A DNA stretch of 64,000 nt from Patescibacteria group bacterium. Lineage in GTDB: Bacteria > Patescibacteriota > Kazan-3B-28. This document shows positions 8,436-18,593 of this stretch, piece after piece. The translations under genes and the position numbers were made by a program. The stretch spans positions 445,438 through 509,437 of the forward strand of contig JBAZNQ010000001.1 in NCBI GenBank assembly GCA_041649135.1, in the 5' to 3' direction. Positions within the stretch are counted from its first letter, which is position 1, and every line of letters starts with the position of its first letter. A model generated the notes under the pieces. That model searched no databases and was not told the DNA's origin. It was given only the letters and a program-made list of their open reading frames with translations.

Positions 8436-9960
8436 ACTACAAATTTTAATCAGTCAAATCATTAACAACCAAAAACTGCGAACAGAGGCGACGCGTAAAA
8501 ATCATTTTCTATTTTTCCACACGTACTTGGCTGATCACGTCGAATATTCAACGGCTCCCTTTCAGAAAGAAATGTTCGAACTAACCCAAGATGAAAAGTT
8601 AACATTCCTAGTGATTTGCGCTTTTCGAGGTTCGGCAAAGTCAACCTATATGAGTTTGTCATATCCGCTATGGGCGATTATGGGCGACCAGCAACGCAAG
8701 CACATCCTGATTACCAGTAAAACTCAATCGATGGTTAAACGAATCTTCGATAACCTCCGTAAGGAACTCAATGAAAACGCCTTGTTGAAATCCGACATGG
8801 GTCCTTTCCAGAGCGAACGAACCCAATGGGGTGGCGGTACATTGGAGCTAGAGAAATACGGAGCTCGAATTACTGTGGCATCCGTTGACGAGGGCATTCG
8901 AGGAATTCGACACGGAAAACATCGTCCCGACCTGATTATTGCGGACGATGTAGAGGACTTGGGTTCGGTTAGGACTAGGGAGGGTCGAGATAAAACCTAT
9001 GACTGGTTCAATGGCGACCTAATCCCAGCTGGCAGTAGGAACACTCGGATTATCGTCATTGGGAATTTGCTACACGAAGATTCACTCATTATGCGGTTGA
9101 GAGAAGAGATTAAGACCGGTAAGCGAGATGGCTTATTCAGGTTCTACCCTCTATTTGGGACTAACGGTGATTGTTTATGGCCAGGCAAATACCCCGACCA
9201 GACCAATATTGATGCCGAAAGAAAAAAGTTGGGTGATCCAGCCGCTTGGAGCCGAGAATATCTGCTAAAAATCATTTCGGATTCGGAACGAGCGGTTCAT
9301 CCGGGATGGATACATTACTACGACAAACTCCCACCTCATCGCAGCGAAAACCACAAGACAGATTTACGGTACATTGGCATTGCGGTTGACTTAGCCATCT
9401 CCGAAAAAGCATCGGCTGACTATACCGCCATAGTGTGCGGAGCCGTTTATGGTCGTGGTGAAGATATGAAAATCTATATCTTACCCGATGCGATAAACAA
9501 ACGGATTAATTTCCCCACCGTTAAGCACACCGCCACTAAGCTATGTGATGATTTTAAAGATCAAGGCTATGCCATCAAGTTGTGGTTCGACAATACTTCT
9601 TTTCAGGATGCATTCGGTCAGGACTTAGAGCTTATGGGGATTAAGGCCGAAGGATGCCCCACTCAAGGCAGTGACAAACGGACAAGGTTATCGATGACCA
9701 CTCATTTAATTCAGGAGGGCCGAATACTGTTCCCAAAACAGGGAGCCAGACCGCTCATATTACAGTTAATTGGCTTTGGTGTAGAAAAACACGACGACTT
9801 GGCCGACGCTTATACCATCCTGGCGCTGATGGCGATGAAACATAATAAACCCGACACCAACCCAATCTGTGCAAGATGGGACCGAGGTCCCTCTATAAAG
9901 GAAGATTATCTTCGAGGGTCAGGTGGTAGGGGCGGTTACCCATGGCATAGGATACTCTGA
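8419..9960 (+). CDS. Terminase large subunit-like protein
   Basis: Walker A AFRGSAKST, Walker B LIIADDVE, RNase H-like nuclease IAVDLA...ADYTA...HDDLADA. Confidence 0.85.
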   Translation: MSDQNELQILISQIINNQKLRTEATRKNHFLFFHTYLADHVEYSTAPFQKEMFELTQDEKLTFLVICAFRGSAKSTYMSLSYPLWAIMGDQQRKHILITSKTQSMVKRIFDNLRKELNENALLKSDMGPFQSERTQWGGGTLELEKYGARITVASVDEGIRGIRHGKHRPDLIIADDVEDLGSVRTREGRDKTYDWFNGDLIPAGSRNTRIIVIGNLLHEDSLIMRLREEIKTGKRDGLFRFYPLFGTNGDCLWPGKYPDQTNIDAERKKLGDPAAWSREYLLKIISDSERAVHPGWIHYYDKLPPHRSENHKTDLRYIGIAVDLAISEKASADYTAIVCGAVYGRGEDMKIYILPDAINKRINFPTVKHTATKLCDDFKDQGYAIKLWFDNTSFQDAFGQDLELMGIKAEGCPTQGSDKRTRLSMTTHLIQEGRILFPKQGARPLILQLIGFGVEKHDDLADAYTILALMAMKHNKPDTNPICARWDRGPSIKEDYLRGSGGRGGYPWHRIL

Positions 9961-9996
9961 TATATTCTATACTGCAGAGGTTTAATAAAACAACGT

Positions 9997-10071
9997 TGGT
10001 GCCCCCGAAAGGATTCGAACCTTTTCCAACTGCGTAGAGGGCAGTTATGCTATCCATTGCACCACGGGGGC
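9997..10071 (-). tRNA. tRNA-Arg(TCT), atypical anticodon loop CCTCTAC
   Basis: Cloverleaf with GCCCCCG/CGGGGGC acceptor, D-loop A20, ACTGC/GCAGT stem, GGTTCGAATCC, encoded CCA. Confidence 0.75.
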
Positions 10072-10147
10072 TGGTGCCGAGAGAGAGAGTCGAACCTTCA
10101 ACCTGCTGCATAGGAGGCAGCTGCTCTATCCATTGAGCTATCTCGGC
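10072..10147 (-). tRNA. tRNA-Arg(CCT)
   Basis: GCCGAGA/TCTCGGC acceptor, GCTGC-CTCCTAT-GCAGC anticodon arm, imperfect T-stem, CCA. Confidence 0.8.
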
Positions 10148-10162
10148 ATACACAAAAAACAC

Positions 10163-10237
10163 TGGTGCCGAGGGAAGGAATTGAACCTCCTACGCAGAGC
10201 TTTTCAAGCTCTCGCTCTACCAATGAGCTACCTCGGC
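10163..10237 (-). tRNA. tRNA-Phe(GAA)
   Basis: GCCGAGG/CCTCGGC acceptor, AGAGC-TTGAAAA-GCTCT, GGTTCAATTCC, CCA. Confidence 0.9.
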
Positions 10238-10506
10238 ATACAAAAAACACAACCATTCCGTCTCGTCCGAATTCGGACCTGACTTGGTTGTGTTTGCTTA
10301 TTGTCTTCTAAATCGTTTCACTACTCCTATTCTACTCCCCCAAGACTGTTGCACAAGAGACCGGAAAGGATGGATTGGCAACGCCAACCCCGTCCTATGC
10401 TCTTTGCGAACCTAGGGCTATACGTTCGTCTCTGGCCAGCCAGAGACCCCGAGGGCTGTACTACTTTGAATCTACACCGCCGAACTCTGTTAGACAAGGT
10501 ATCAGC

Positions 10507-11991
10507 CTATTTAATGTCAGATAAAAACTGGAAGATCTTAACCATCGCATAAGTGTCTAACTCACAGTATTTGGTTAGGTCTTTAAGAATCTTATCTTTC
10601 TCCTCGGCTCTTTTCCCATCTAAGACAGCTTCCATCCATAACCTTTGGGCGGCTCCACCGGCATGAATATCTAAATCCTTATATGAAAGTTCAGGGATAA
10701 GAACAGGCAATACCTGCTTGATTGAAGCACTCCCAAAGAAGTCCTTGTGAATGTAGGAACCAGTTGAGAAAGGAATCATCAAATCAACAATCCGATCATT
10801 CAGATCTTTATAAAAAGTTTTGAATTCTGGGAGTAGAAGTCCCAAAAACTCATTACAAGTCTTTTCAAAACCCTCAAACCAAACCAAGACCGTACCGCTA
10901 TCACCGATGTGCGACTTGAGCGATTCCGAGATTGGTTGTGCCGGGTTGCTGTTCTCGTGATGCAGATATTCAAAATGCTTTACCTCGCCTCCGGGCTTCT
11001 CGATGACGTGAAGAGAGTATTGAAACGGTAATTGTTTATACGGCCCTAACCCATCAAAGTACGGCACTACACTAGACAGGGTTTCGTAATCGAGGAAATA
11101 CAGGGGGTATTTTAGCTCAGACAAGAACTGCTTGATTTTTGGCTTGTCCACTAATACCTCGTCACACTTGGTTGCCTGAACTTGGCCTTGTTGTTTTACA
11201 CTAAGAGCAAAATCTTCCGGAATGTCTTTTATCTGCTTAATGCCCAATGTTTCAAGTTTGCCAATCTTACTCGCACCAGGAGCACAAAGATCATAAATAC
11301 TATATTCCTCTACCTCGGCAAGGGTCTTGAAGATCCCGAGCCAGTCATTGAAAGCCCCTAGCTTAGTCAAAGAAGGTGAAATATCTGGACACTCTTTAGA
11401 ATTCATCACCGCCAGAGCTTGTTTGATATTCTCTCTGGTAGTCTCCCGTAGTGCTTTGACTTGGTCAGTAACTTCAGTCATCTTGGCCAGATCTTTGGCC
11501 GTAACTTCTCCATTTCTAACATATTCATTGTTTACATGAACAACATAAATCTTGTTCACCTTGTAACCACAGTCTTCTAGCACTACCATCTGAAATGCCA
11601 AATCTGGCTCATGCTCTGGCTTAGCATGAGTGCTGGATTTAATCTCATAAAGATCGAACTCATTGTCCTTAACCCGAACCAACACATCGCAGATACAAGT
11701 AATGTCACCAGCTTCAAAGCGACCCTGCATAATAGTGATCGCCCCAGACTCTATCACTTGTTTCGTCTCGGCAGTTAACCTTGCGTATGCCTTATAGTCT
11801 CCTCGATCATATTCTAGCTTTGTGGCATCAGGGAAAAGCTGTTCGGCATATGTCTCGAACAGGAAACCAGCATCAAAAATCGCCTGTGTGTCTTCATCTA
11901 CAGGGGGTAATTTATCTTTGGCGTGTTTCTTGAGCCAGAGCCAGGCCGGATGGCGGAGAAACAACATATAATCTGACTTTGAGAGTTGCAT
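10507..11991 (-). CDS. DUF2779-type protein (PD-(D/E)XK nuclease plus RNase H-like domain)
   Basis: LSKSDY N-terminus, CDVL...YEIKSST, YPLYFLDYET, PFQYSLH, SIKQVLP, YCELDT. Confidence 0.85.
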   Translation of the reverse strand: MQLSKSDYMLFLRHPAWLWLKKHAKDKLPPVDEDTQAIFDAGFLFETYAEQLFPDATKLEYDRGDYKAYARLTAETKQVIESGAITIMQGRFEAGDITCICDVLVRVKDNEFDLYEIKSSTHAKPEHEPDLAFQMVVLEDCGYKVNKIYVVHVNNEYVRNGEVTAKDLAKMTEVTDQVKALRETTRENIKQALAVMNSKECPDISPSLTKLGAFNDWLGIFKTLAEVEEYSIYDLCAPGASKIGKLETLGIKQIKDIPEDFALSVKQQGQVQATKCDEVLVDKPKIKQFLSELKYPLYFLDYETLSSVVPYFDGLGPYKQLPFQYSLHVIEKPGGEVKHFEYLHHENSNPAQPISESLKSHIGDSGTVLVWFEGFEKTCNEFLGLLLPEFKTFYKDLNDRIVDLMIPFSTGSYIHKDFFGSASIKQVLPVLIPELSYKDLDIHAGGAAQRLWMEAVLDGKRAEEKDKILKDLTKYCELDTYAMVKIFQFLSDIK

Positions 11992-11995
11992 AAAT

Positions 11996-12085
11996 TTATT
12001 TTGAACTATTTTTTACAATCTCTATCTCCTCTGGGGTAAGGTTATAGAGCCGATAAACCATCTGATTAATTTGATTTTCGTATTC
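11996..12085 (-). pseudogene. C-terminal remnant of a type IIG-like R-M enzyme
   Basis: Reads EYENQINQMVYRLYNLTPEEIEIVKNSSK* immediately after the res stop; no ORF start. Confidence 0.7.
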
Positions 12086-14353
12086 TTAATTCAGGTTAAG
12101 AATTTGAAACTCTTTTAGTGAAGGGTTGTAAGAATATTTTACGCCTCTATTAATCTTCCAGCCGTTTGGTCCGTCTTGTACGACAATCCCTCCATCAAAG
12201 CCCTTCTTGCCTTTAAGCCATTTTTGGAGCGCTTCGGCTTTATATCTCGTGTCACCACTTTCTGCAGTTAAACCCGCTTTAGTATCAAAGATACAAACAG
12301 CGGCTTTTGTCTGTACTATCCAGTCAGGATAAAATAGTTTTTCTTTATTTTCGTCTGTGTTGTAGTAAGAAATTGAAAAATATTCGCTCCCAACATCGCC
12401 ATTCTTATACCACCAAATAACATTTTTGGATGATTCGAGAAATTTAATAAACGCCTCCTCATTGATCCGCCCAGAGTATGCTTTTTCTATCCAAAATGGT
12501 TCCATTGCTGATTTCTTGACTGGTAATGACTCATATTGATCAGTAAAAAATAGAGTACCACGAGGGATATCAATATGCTCGATGCGTCGTGCGCGAGAAG
12601 ATCGCCTATTCACTTCTTGCTCCCGAACGGGACGATATGTCGAAAGTGAATCGCCGATAAGTGGTGCAAGTACCCCTGCCGGGCTAACGAGATCATTTAC
12701 GATAATTCGATAGACGTCAGCTCGAGAGATACCAAGCTTATTCATTAACCAAACATTTAAGGCCGTTTTTAGTTTTCCCCATGATCGTTCAGGGGCGAAT
12801 TTTTTGTTTTCGTCAACCTGGTTGGCGATTATCTTAAAACAAAGAAGGTTATAGAGTCGCTCAAGGTCATGCCGTGACATTTCTTGATCATGACTTCCGC
12901 CCTCCGCAAAAAGTTCTTTTGTGAAATTATCATAGTCATCTATTTCTACGCCAACAATTAAACCGTTTGTTACTTTTGGTTTCAGGTTCAATCTCTTAAC
13001 ATCAAATTTTTTATCAGCAACCTGTTTAAAAGTTTCTTGGAATGAGTCTCCCAAGTCGTTGTAGTCAGTGCGAGTCATAAAAATCGACTCTAGTTGAATT
13101 GGCTTTACATTCTTTTTACGATAACTGGCATTCGGTGAAGGACGATTTTCCGTTTTTGATTTTGCATACTCAGCAAGTACTTCGTTTCTCTTATAGTTAG
13201 TATAGAGATAACCCAAATTCAACTCTGGTTTAGGAAAGTGATAACCAAATGGCATACGTAAGATTCGTCCCACGGTTTGAATCGCAAAAGTGGGATTTTT
13301 AATTTCCCTGAACATCACCAGTACACTTGCTCTGGGGCAGTCCCAACCAGTAGCGGCGGCCTGTTTAAAAAGCAGAAATGCTACTGGAGAGTCGCTCTTT
13401 TCTAAATCCTCAAGGTTCTCCTTTTCCCTTGAAAGCCAAACGGCAATCTCATCGTTTTTTAGACCCTTACGCTTCAGATACTCCGAAACTATTGCCTGTT
13501 TCGTTGTCCCACCTGCTTCTTTAGACGCCTGATCATCGTTTGGTAACTGAATAAGAACGAGCGGATTGACCTTTATATCCAGCTCTTTGTATAAAGCAAT
13601 AATCTCTTTGCGCTTATTGTAGGCAAGTTCTAGGAGTAATTCGTCCTGATCGAGATTTTTGATTGTTTGTTGCTCTAAATCCTCTTCGGTTTGAAAAACA
13701 ATCTTTTCCTTAATAAGACCTGCTTCAATAACGTCTAACCTCGGCACATCAACAAACTTATATATCTCTCCTAATTTTGGTTCAAACAATGGTGTAGCTG
13801 AAACTCGAAGAGTAATTTTGGGTTTTACTAAGGCAATTACCTCATCCGCCAAAGCTGATCGAGTCCCCAACTGCTCTTCATCTATAATCAATACAATTTT
13901 TATTCCTGCCTCATGACTTTCGTTAATAAAATTATCAAAAGTGAGTCCAGTTTCATTTTCACGACGCAACTTTCGGCTTGCTTTGTCAGTGGCTTTGATC
14001 TTCTGCCAATTTATGAAAAATACATTATTTCTCTGTAACCTTCCGCGAGATAGGTCATTCAGATCAATCAAATCCAACTCTGAAGCTCCACCGTAATACT
14101 CAAAAAGTTTCTTTTTGCTTTGCTCATACGAATCCTCGCTGAAAGAAAACCAAATAAACGAGACGTCGTTACCCTCAAACCGAGGATCACTAACAATATC
14201 CCGTAAAAACTGTGCGAGCATGATTGTTTTGCCAGAACCAGTTGGTGACTTAAAAACCAATGGAATATTCTGATTTGGATTCTTCCACAACTCAAGAAAG
14301 TCATTCTTGAGATTAGATATCGCAGCTTCCTGAAAAGGTTTTAATACCAACAT
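12086..14353 (-). CDS. res: Type III restriction endonuclease subunit (Res)
   Basis: SPTGSGKT, IIDEEQ, GWDCPRA, QTVGRILR; C-terminal FYPDWIV...FDTK nuclease; downstream of mod. Confidence 0.88.
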   Translation of the reverse strand: MLVLKPFQEAAISNLKNDFLELWKNPNQNIPLVFKSPTGSGKTIMLAQFLRDIVSDPRFEGNDVSFIWFSFSEDSYEQSKKKLFEYYGGASELDLIDLNDLSRGRLQRNNVFFINWQKIKATDKASRKLRRENETGLTFDNFINESHEAGIKIVLIIDEEQLGTRSALADEVIALVKPKITLRVSATPLFEPKLGEIYKFVDVPRLDVIEAGLIKEKIVFQTEEDLEQQTIKNLDQDELLLELAYNKRKEIIALYKELDIKVNPLVLIQLPNDDQASKEAGGTTKQAIVSEYLKRKGLKNDEIAVWLSREKENLEDLEKSDSPVAFLLFKQAAATGWDCPRASVLVMFREIKNPTFAIQTVGRILRMPFGYHFPKPELNLGYLYTNYKRNEVLAEYAKSKTENRPSPNASYRKKNVKPIQLESIFMTRTDYNDLGDSFQETFKQVADKKFDVKRLNLKPKVTNGLIVGVEIDDYDNFTKELFAEGGSHDQEMSRHDLERLYNLLCFKIIANQVDENKKFAPERSWGKLKTALNVWLMNKLGISRADVYRIIVNDLVSPAGVLAPLIGDSLSTYRPVREQEVNRRSSRARRIEHIDIPRGTLFFTDQYESLPVKKSAMEPFWIEKAYSGRINEEAFIKFLESSKNVIWWYKNGDVGSEYFSISYYNTDENKEKLFYPDWIVQTKAAVCIFDTKAGLTAESGDTRYKAEALQKWLKGKKGFDGGIVVQDGPNGWKINRGVKYSYNPSLKEFQILNLN

Positions 14354-14357
14354 AGAC

Positions 14358-16058
14358 TTATAGACGGTTTAACTCTTTGTATACCTCAAGAATCGGCTCA
14401 GGGATATCCTCGACTCGGATATTTTCCGAAGAATATTCACCTTTATATTCATTTTTACCCCAGCTAAAAATGTATAAAGCAACCGGCATATCTTTCTTCC
14501 CCAAACTTTTGACTAACTCCTCCAGCTTTGATTTATCTTCCTGAAAATAAATTGCAGACATCTGTTCATGTCCTCGAAATATCTGCCACCAATCGTTCCT
14601 CTCGATTTCATTAAGTGTATCTTCTCGCACCGCAATCATCTCTCCGGCTTGATAGGTAATGCGAATTTTTGCCTCATCCGGCACTTTGTGGATTTGTTCA
14701 ATATCCACGAGGTCAGTTTGGTAATACCAGAAGTTGCTCGGAATACCTAATACTTTATCGTCATTTTTATTCTTATATCCATTAATGACAGCATTGATAC
14801 GGGGGTAGCAAACTGATTCGGCAATGCCCCCATTGCCGTCATTATTATTTTCGTTATTAGTACAGAGTATAAATTTACGGTTACCACCATCCGCCTTATT
14901 CATCTCTAAAACAGCATGCCCAGTTGTCCCTGAGCCAGCAAAAAAGTCTAAAATATTTGCGTTTGGACGTGCACCTACAACAGCAAAAATACAGTCATAT
15001 ACAGTATAAAGTGACTTGGGGAAATCAAAATCACAATCTGGGATTATCTCACGCAGAAGCTTTGTTCCATACTCACCTGCATCATATTTCTTATCCGTCC
15101 AAACGGTTTTGTATGTTCCGTAATCTTTTGCAATCATTATCTGGATCATTCCGCCGTGCGATTCCTTAACCTGAAGGATATCTTTTATTCCCTCAACACT
15201 CTGTCTTGCATATCGCCACTTTCGTTCAACGCCCTTTTCGTCAATTGGCCAAACATAAACACTACCATCTTTTTTCTTTTCGTTTGCCGACTTCGGATGA
15301 ACATCGTCAGATACAACATTACCGAAGCCAATAATCTTTCCACTTTTTATGATCAATGGGTAGAAACAATTTCTTGCATCTGTACGCTTAGACTCATTGC
15401 CCCAATTACGCAAATTGGAAATATAGACCTCATCCTTAGCAAGAGAACGATCGCCGATGGTCTTTTTATTCTTCGGAACAACAAAAATTGCATATTCATG
15501 AGTATAGGAAAAGTTAGTGCCTTGGACACCCTTGGGATTATGAATAATGGTTACCGTATGTTGTTCGTGTGTTGGGAACAATTGCTCAATCAGCACTCCC
15601 AAATGTGCCTGCTCATTATCATCAATCGCACAAATCATTACACCATCATCTTTCAATAAATCTTTTGCCAAGCTGAGGCGATGGCGCATAAATGAGAGCC
15701 ACTTACTGTGTCTGTATTCGTCATCCCGATCCACATAATCATTGTTGTATTTCCAGTTTTTTGCGCCTGTGTTATACGGCGGATCAATGTAGATGAGATC
15801 AATATTCTTTTTGTGGGTGTAGTTGAGAACCGACAGTGCGAGATAGTTATCACCCTCAATCATCAAGTTATTCGGATACGCCTCGTCCAAATTAAGGCGG
15901 TTTTTAACAACTTCTTTCAGAACGGGGACTTTGATTTTTGATTGCTCAACAACATCTTCCATCTTGTCTTCAAAAACCAGCCCAAGATTGTTCTTCTTGA
16001 GTTTTTTGATTTGAGCTTGTAAATCCGCCACCTCTTTTTGTAAATCTTTTCCAGACAT
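14358..16058 (-). CDS. mod: Type III R-M adenine methyltransferase (Mod)
   Basis: IEGDN, IYIDPPYNTG, HSKWLSFM, FPKS, LDFFAGSGTTGHAV. Confidence 0.92.
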   Translation of the reverse strand: MSGKDLQKEVADLQAQIKKLKKNNLGLVFEDKMEDVVEQSKIKVPVLKEVVKNRLNLDEAYPNNLMIEGDNYLALSVLNYTHKKNIDLIYIDPPYNTGAKNWKYNNDYVDRDDEYRHSKWLSFMRHRLSLAKDLLKDDGVMICAIDDNEQAHLGVLIEQLFPTHEQHTVTIIHNPKGVQGTNFSYTHEYAIFVVPKNKKTIGDRSLAKDEVYISNLRNWGNESKRTDARNCFYPLIIKSGKIIGFGNVVSDDVHPKSANEKKKDGSVYVWPIDEKGVERKWRYARQSVEGIKDILQVKESHGGMIQIMIAKDYGTYKTVWTDKKYDAGEYGTKLLREIIPDCDFDFPKSLYTVYDCIFAVVGARPNANILDFFAGSGTTGHAVLEMNKADGGNRKFILCTNNENNNDGNGGIAESVCYPRINAVINGYKNKNDDKVLGIPSNFWYYQTDLVDIEQIHKVPDEAKIRITYQAGEMIAVREDTLNEIERNDWWQIFRGHEQMSAIYFQEDKSKLEELVKSLGKKDMPVALYIFSWGKNEYKGEYSSENIRVEDIPEPILEVYKELNRL

Positions 16059-16188
16059 AATAATCACCCTTAAGCCATTCGACTCTAGCTCTATTATGGC
16101 TTCTTGCGAAGCTTTTTCCAAATCTGATTTTGTCTGGACTTCGCCACCCCTTCGGGCATCCTTGTCCTTGATATAGCCCTATAGACAA

Positions 16189-17556
16189 ATGGAGAAAAAT
16201 ATGGCGAAAAATGAAGCAATTCTGGGAGCTCCCGAGGGGTCTTCGGAGGCCCTTGAGCAACCACAAGGAGCCAAGTACTGTCTCTATGCCCGGAAGTCCT
16301 CAGAGCAGGATGAACGGCAGGCCCTTTCCATAGATAGCCAAATTAAGGAGATGTTGGCGATGGCCGAAAGGGACGGGATAGAGATCGTGGAGACTATCAA
16401 GGAAAGCCACTCAGCCAAGGACTCAGGCCAAAGACCTGCCTTTACCGAGCTTCTACTGAGAATCCGAGAAGGTGATTTCAATGGCATTCTGACATGGGCT
16501 CCAGACCGATTAAGCCGAAATGCCGGAGACCTCGGCTCCCTTGTCGACCTTATGGACCAAGGGCTTCTGCATGAAATCAGAACTCATGGTCAGATATTCA
16601 GAAACTCCCCTAACGAGAAGTTCCTCTTGATGATTCTCTGTAGCCAAGCCAAATTGGAAAATGACAACAAAGGCGTAAATGTTAAGCGAGGGATGCGAAC
16701 CAAATGTGAAATGGGCTGGCGACCGGGAGTCGCCCCCATAGGATATCTCAACAACTACGCAGATAACACTATTACGGTAGACCCGGAAAGAGCTCCCATC
16801 ATCAAAGAAATATTCAATAAGGTGGCCAAGCAGGGAGATTCAGGGCGCGACATTTTCAACTGGATCAACAATGAGACTTCCTTTATTACTAGAGGGGGCA
16901 AAAAAATGCCCTTGAGCACAATTTTTCTGATTCTCAAAAATAGCTTCTACTACGGAGAGTACACATACGGCGAGGGAACCTACCACGGCAAACATGAGCC
17001 ACTTATCACAAAAGAGCTATTTGATGAGGTGCAAGTCAGAATTTCCAAACCCGCCCATGGCCGTCATGGCGAGAAATGTTTCGCCTTCGCCAGAATGATG
17101 ACCTGTGGCCAATGCGGAGCCGGAATTACTGCCGAAGAAAAATTCAAGCGATTAAAGAATGGCGATATGATACGCCATATTTACTACCACTGTACCGACG
17201 GCAAAAGACTCGGCTGTAAACAACCCTATGTTAGGGAGGCAGATCTCATCGAACAATTTGTAGAAATAGTAGACAAGCTAACCTTAGACAGGATAGGGAT
17301 GAAGGATAGGTTACAAGAAGAAATAGACCGCTACAACAAGTTTACGCAAGGCGTGTTGGGGATGGACCCTTCCACTCAGAAGATGCCTCGAGTAGATCTA
17401 AAAATGTACGCCAAGTACATCCTGCGAGAAGGTCGCAACGAAGAAAAGAGAGAGGTGCTGAGCCACATCCAAAACAAAGTTGTACTGAATCAAGGGAAAC
17501 TAAAACTACAGGATAATAAGCAAGCCAACATGCCGGAAGTAACCCGCGTCAACTAA
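16189..17556 (+). CDS. Large serine recombinase (LSR-A)
   Basis: YARKSSE catalytic serine, DRLSRN, recombinase domain, zinc ribbon CGQCG...YYHC...C. Confidence 0.93.
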   Translation: MEKNMAKNEAILGAPEGSSEALEQPQGAKYCLYARKSSEQDERQALSIDSQIKEMLAMAERDGIEIVETIKESHSAKDSGQRPAFTELLLRIREGDFNGILTWAPDRLSRNAGDLGSLVDLMDQGLLHEIRTHGQIFRNSPNEKFLLMILCSQAKLENDNKGVNVKRGMRTKCEMGWRPGVAPIGYLNNYADNTITVDPERAPIIKEIFNKVAKQGDSGRDIFNWINNETSFITRGGKKMPLSTIFLILKNSFYYGEYTYGEGTYHGKHEPLITKELFDEVQVRISKPAHGRHGEKCFAFARMMTCGQCGAGITAEEKFKRLKNGDMIRHIYYHCTDGKRLGCKQPYVREADLIEQFVEIVDKLTLDRIGMKDRLQEEIDRYNKFTQGVLGMDPSTQKMPRVDLKMYAKYILREGRNEEKREVLSHIQNKVVLNQGKLKLQDNKQANMPEVTRVN

Positions 17557-17777
17557 TTTATTAAGCCCTGGATGCAGGTCGCTCGACCTGCATAATCAGT
17601 TGATTGACCCAAGTTGGGATATGCCCTAAGACAATCTTCGTAACCCTTGGTGGCTCGACCTTCTTTTAGAATAGGATAATCCTCTACGGAGAGCTGATCA
17701 CTACAGCTGACTGATGCCACACCGATAAACACAATAACCAATACGAGAATGATTGTGAAAATTAAAACTTTTTTCAT
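17553..17777 (-). CDS. Small membrane-anchored hypothetical protein
   Basis: N-terminal hydrophobic helix; 74 aa. Confidence 0.55.
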   Translation of the reverse strand: MKKVLIFTIILVLVIVFIGVASVSCSDQLSVEDYPILKEGRATKGYEDCLRAYPNLGQSTDYAGRATCIQGLIN

Positions 17778-17789
17778 CTTAGTAAACCT

Positions 17790-18386
17790 TTATTTATAGA
17801 GCGAGTAATATTCTTTCCCTGCTTGCCAAAGATATTGATCAATCGTTTTTGGATCATATTGTGTCAGCCCGTAGAATGTTCTGAACTCGTCAATAATCTC
17901 TCGGAACTTGGGATAATCCTTTAAGTCCTGGTTGCTAAACTTAGCAAACTGATCAGTTCGCTTGAAATGGAGCAATAGTTTTTCCACATAGGAATCGTAG
18001 ATTGGATAAATCTTGGGTTGGTGACGACTACAATACTTGGTGGCAAATGAATAAAAACGGCGAGTCTTTCCGCCGTTCATCTTTACCGTAGCAATCTGAT
18101 TAACAATTCCGAGGTCTCCCCGCTTCAGTCCTTCATCTATCCCCAAGCTCTGGATATGCCGAGCCACGGTCAGCGGATCAAGGATGTTCGTGCTGTATAA
18201 AACATTGAGAGAGCACACCTTAATCAGAATGTCGTCTAGATTGTTATTGAGAGGATAGGTTGTTAAAAATAGCTTATTTAAACTACTCTCCTTTAACCCA
18301 TCTTCCTTTTGTGAACCCCACGGTTTGAGATAGCGTTCTACCTCTTGTAGGGTTGGGCGTGGTATCGTTAGTCCTTCTCGGCTCAT
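17790..18386 (-). CDS. Conserved hypothetical protein (possibly HhH DNA glycosylase-like fold)
   Basis: LNVLYSTNI, YSFATKYC..H..IYPIYDSYV, IDQYLW motifs. Confidence 0.7.
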   Translation of the reverse strand: MSREGLTIPRPTLQEVERYLKPWGSQKEDGLKESSLNKLFLTTYPLNNNLDDILIKVCSLNVLYSTNILDPLTVARHIQSLGIDEGLKRGDLGIVNQIATVKMNGGKTRRFYSFATKYCSRHQPKIYPIYDSYVEKLLLHFKRTDQFAKFSNQDLKDYPKFREIIDEFRTFYGLTQYDPKTIDQYLWQAGKEYYSLYK

Positions 18387-18434
18387 GGTTGACCCTCTTT
18401 CCGGTGAGTCGCCCTGGCCTCTAATTGATTAATC

Positions 18435-18593
18435 AAAAGAGGGCAGACCTCACACCTAGTCAACCCATGACTTCTACTCCGAAGAATAGTCATCACGGTA
18501 AGTAGAGCATCTGCCCACCTCTGACCGTGATGACGGAGAAAAAAGTACTACAATTCGGAGTTGTAAATATACGAAAAAGCCATGGGTTGACGC
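18435..18593 (-). ncRNA. Candidate structured ncRNA, copy A
   Basis: Nested stems GTCAACCCATG/CATGGGTTGAC, CTCCGAA/TTCGGAG, GTCATCACGGT/ACCGTGATGAC; GGGCAGA/TCTGCCC pairing; TATGCT -10 box; homolog at 29068-29230. Confidence 0.65.

Noticed and set aside
9997-10071. Amber suppressor tRNA (CTA within the loop CCTCTAC)
   Set aside because: The stem ACTGC/GCAGT centres TCT as the anticodon, A20 supports Arg, and TAG is used as a normal stop in this window.
9893-10162. 89-aa ORF, and the N-terminal extension of the 37042-37548 ORF
   Set aside because: They read through tRNA genes.
13880-13900. Inactive Res helicase because motif II reads DEEQ
   Set aside because: Walker B DE and the other motifs are intact; the fourth residue alone is insufficient evidence without an alignment.
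6697-17556. Complete prophage
   Set aside because: No portal, capsid, tail, lysis or replication genes recognised; kept only as a capsid-less island.
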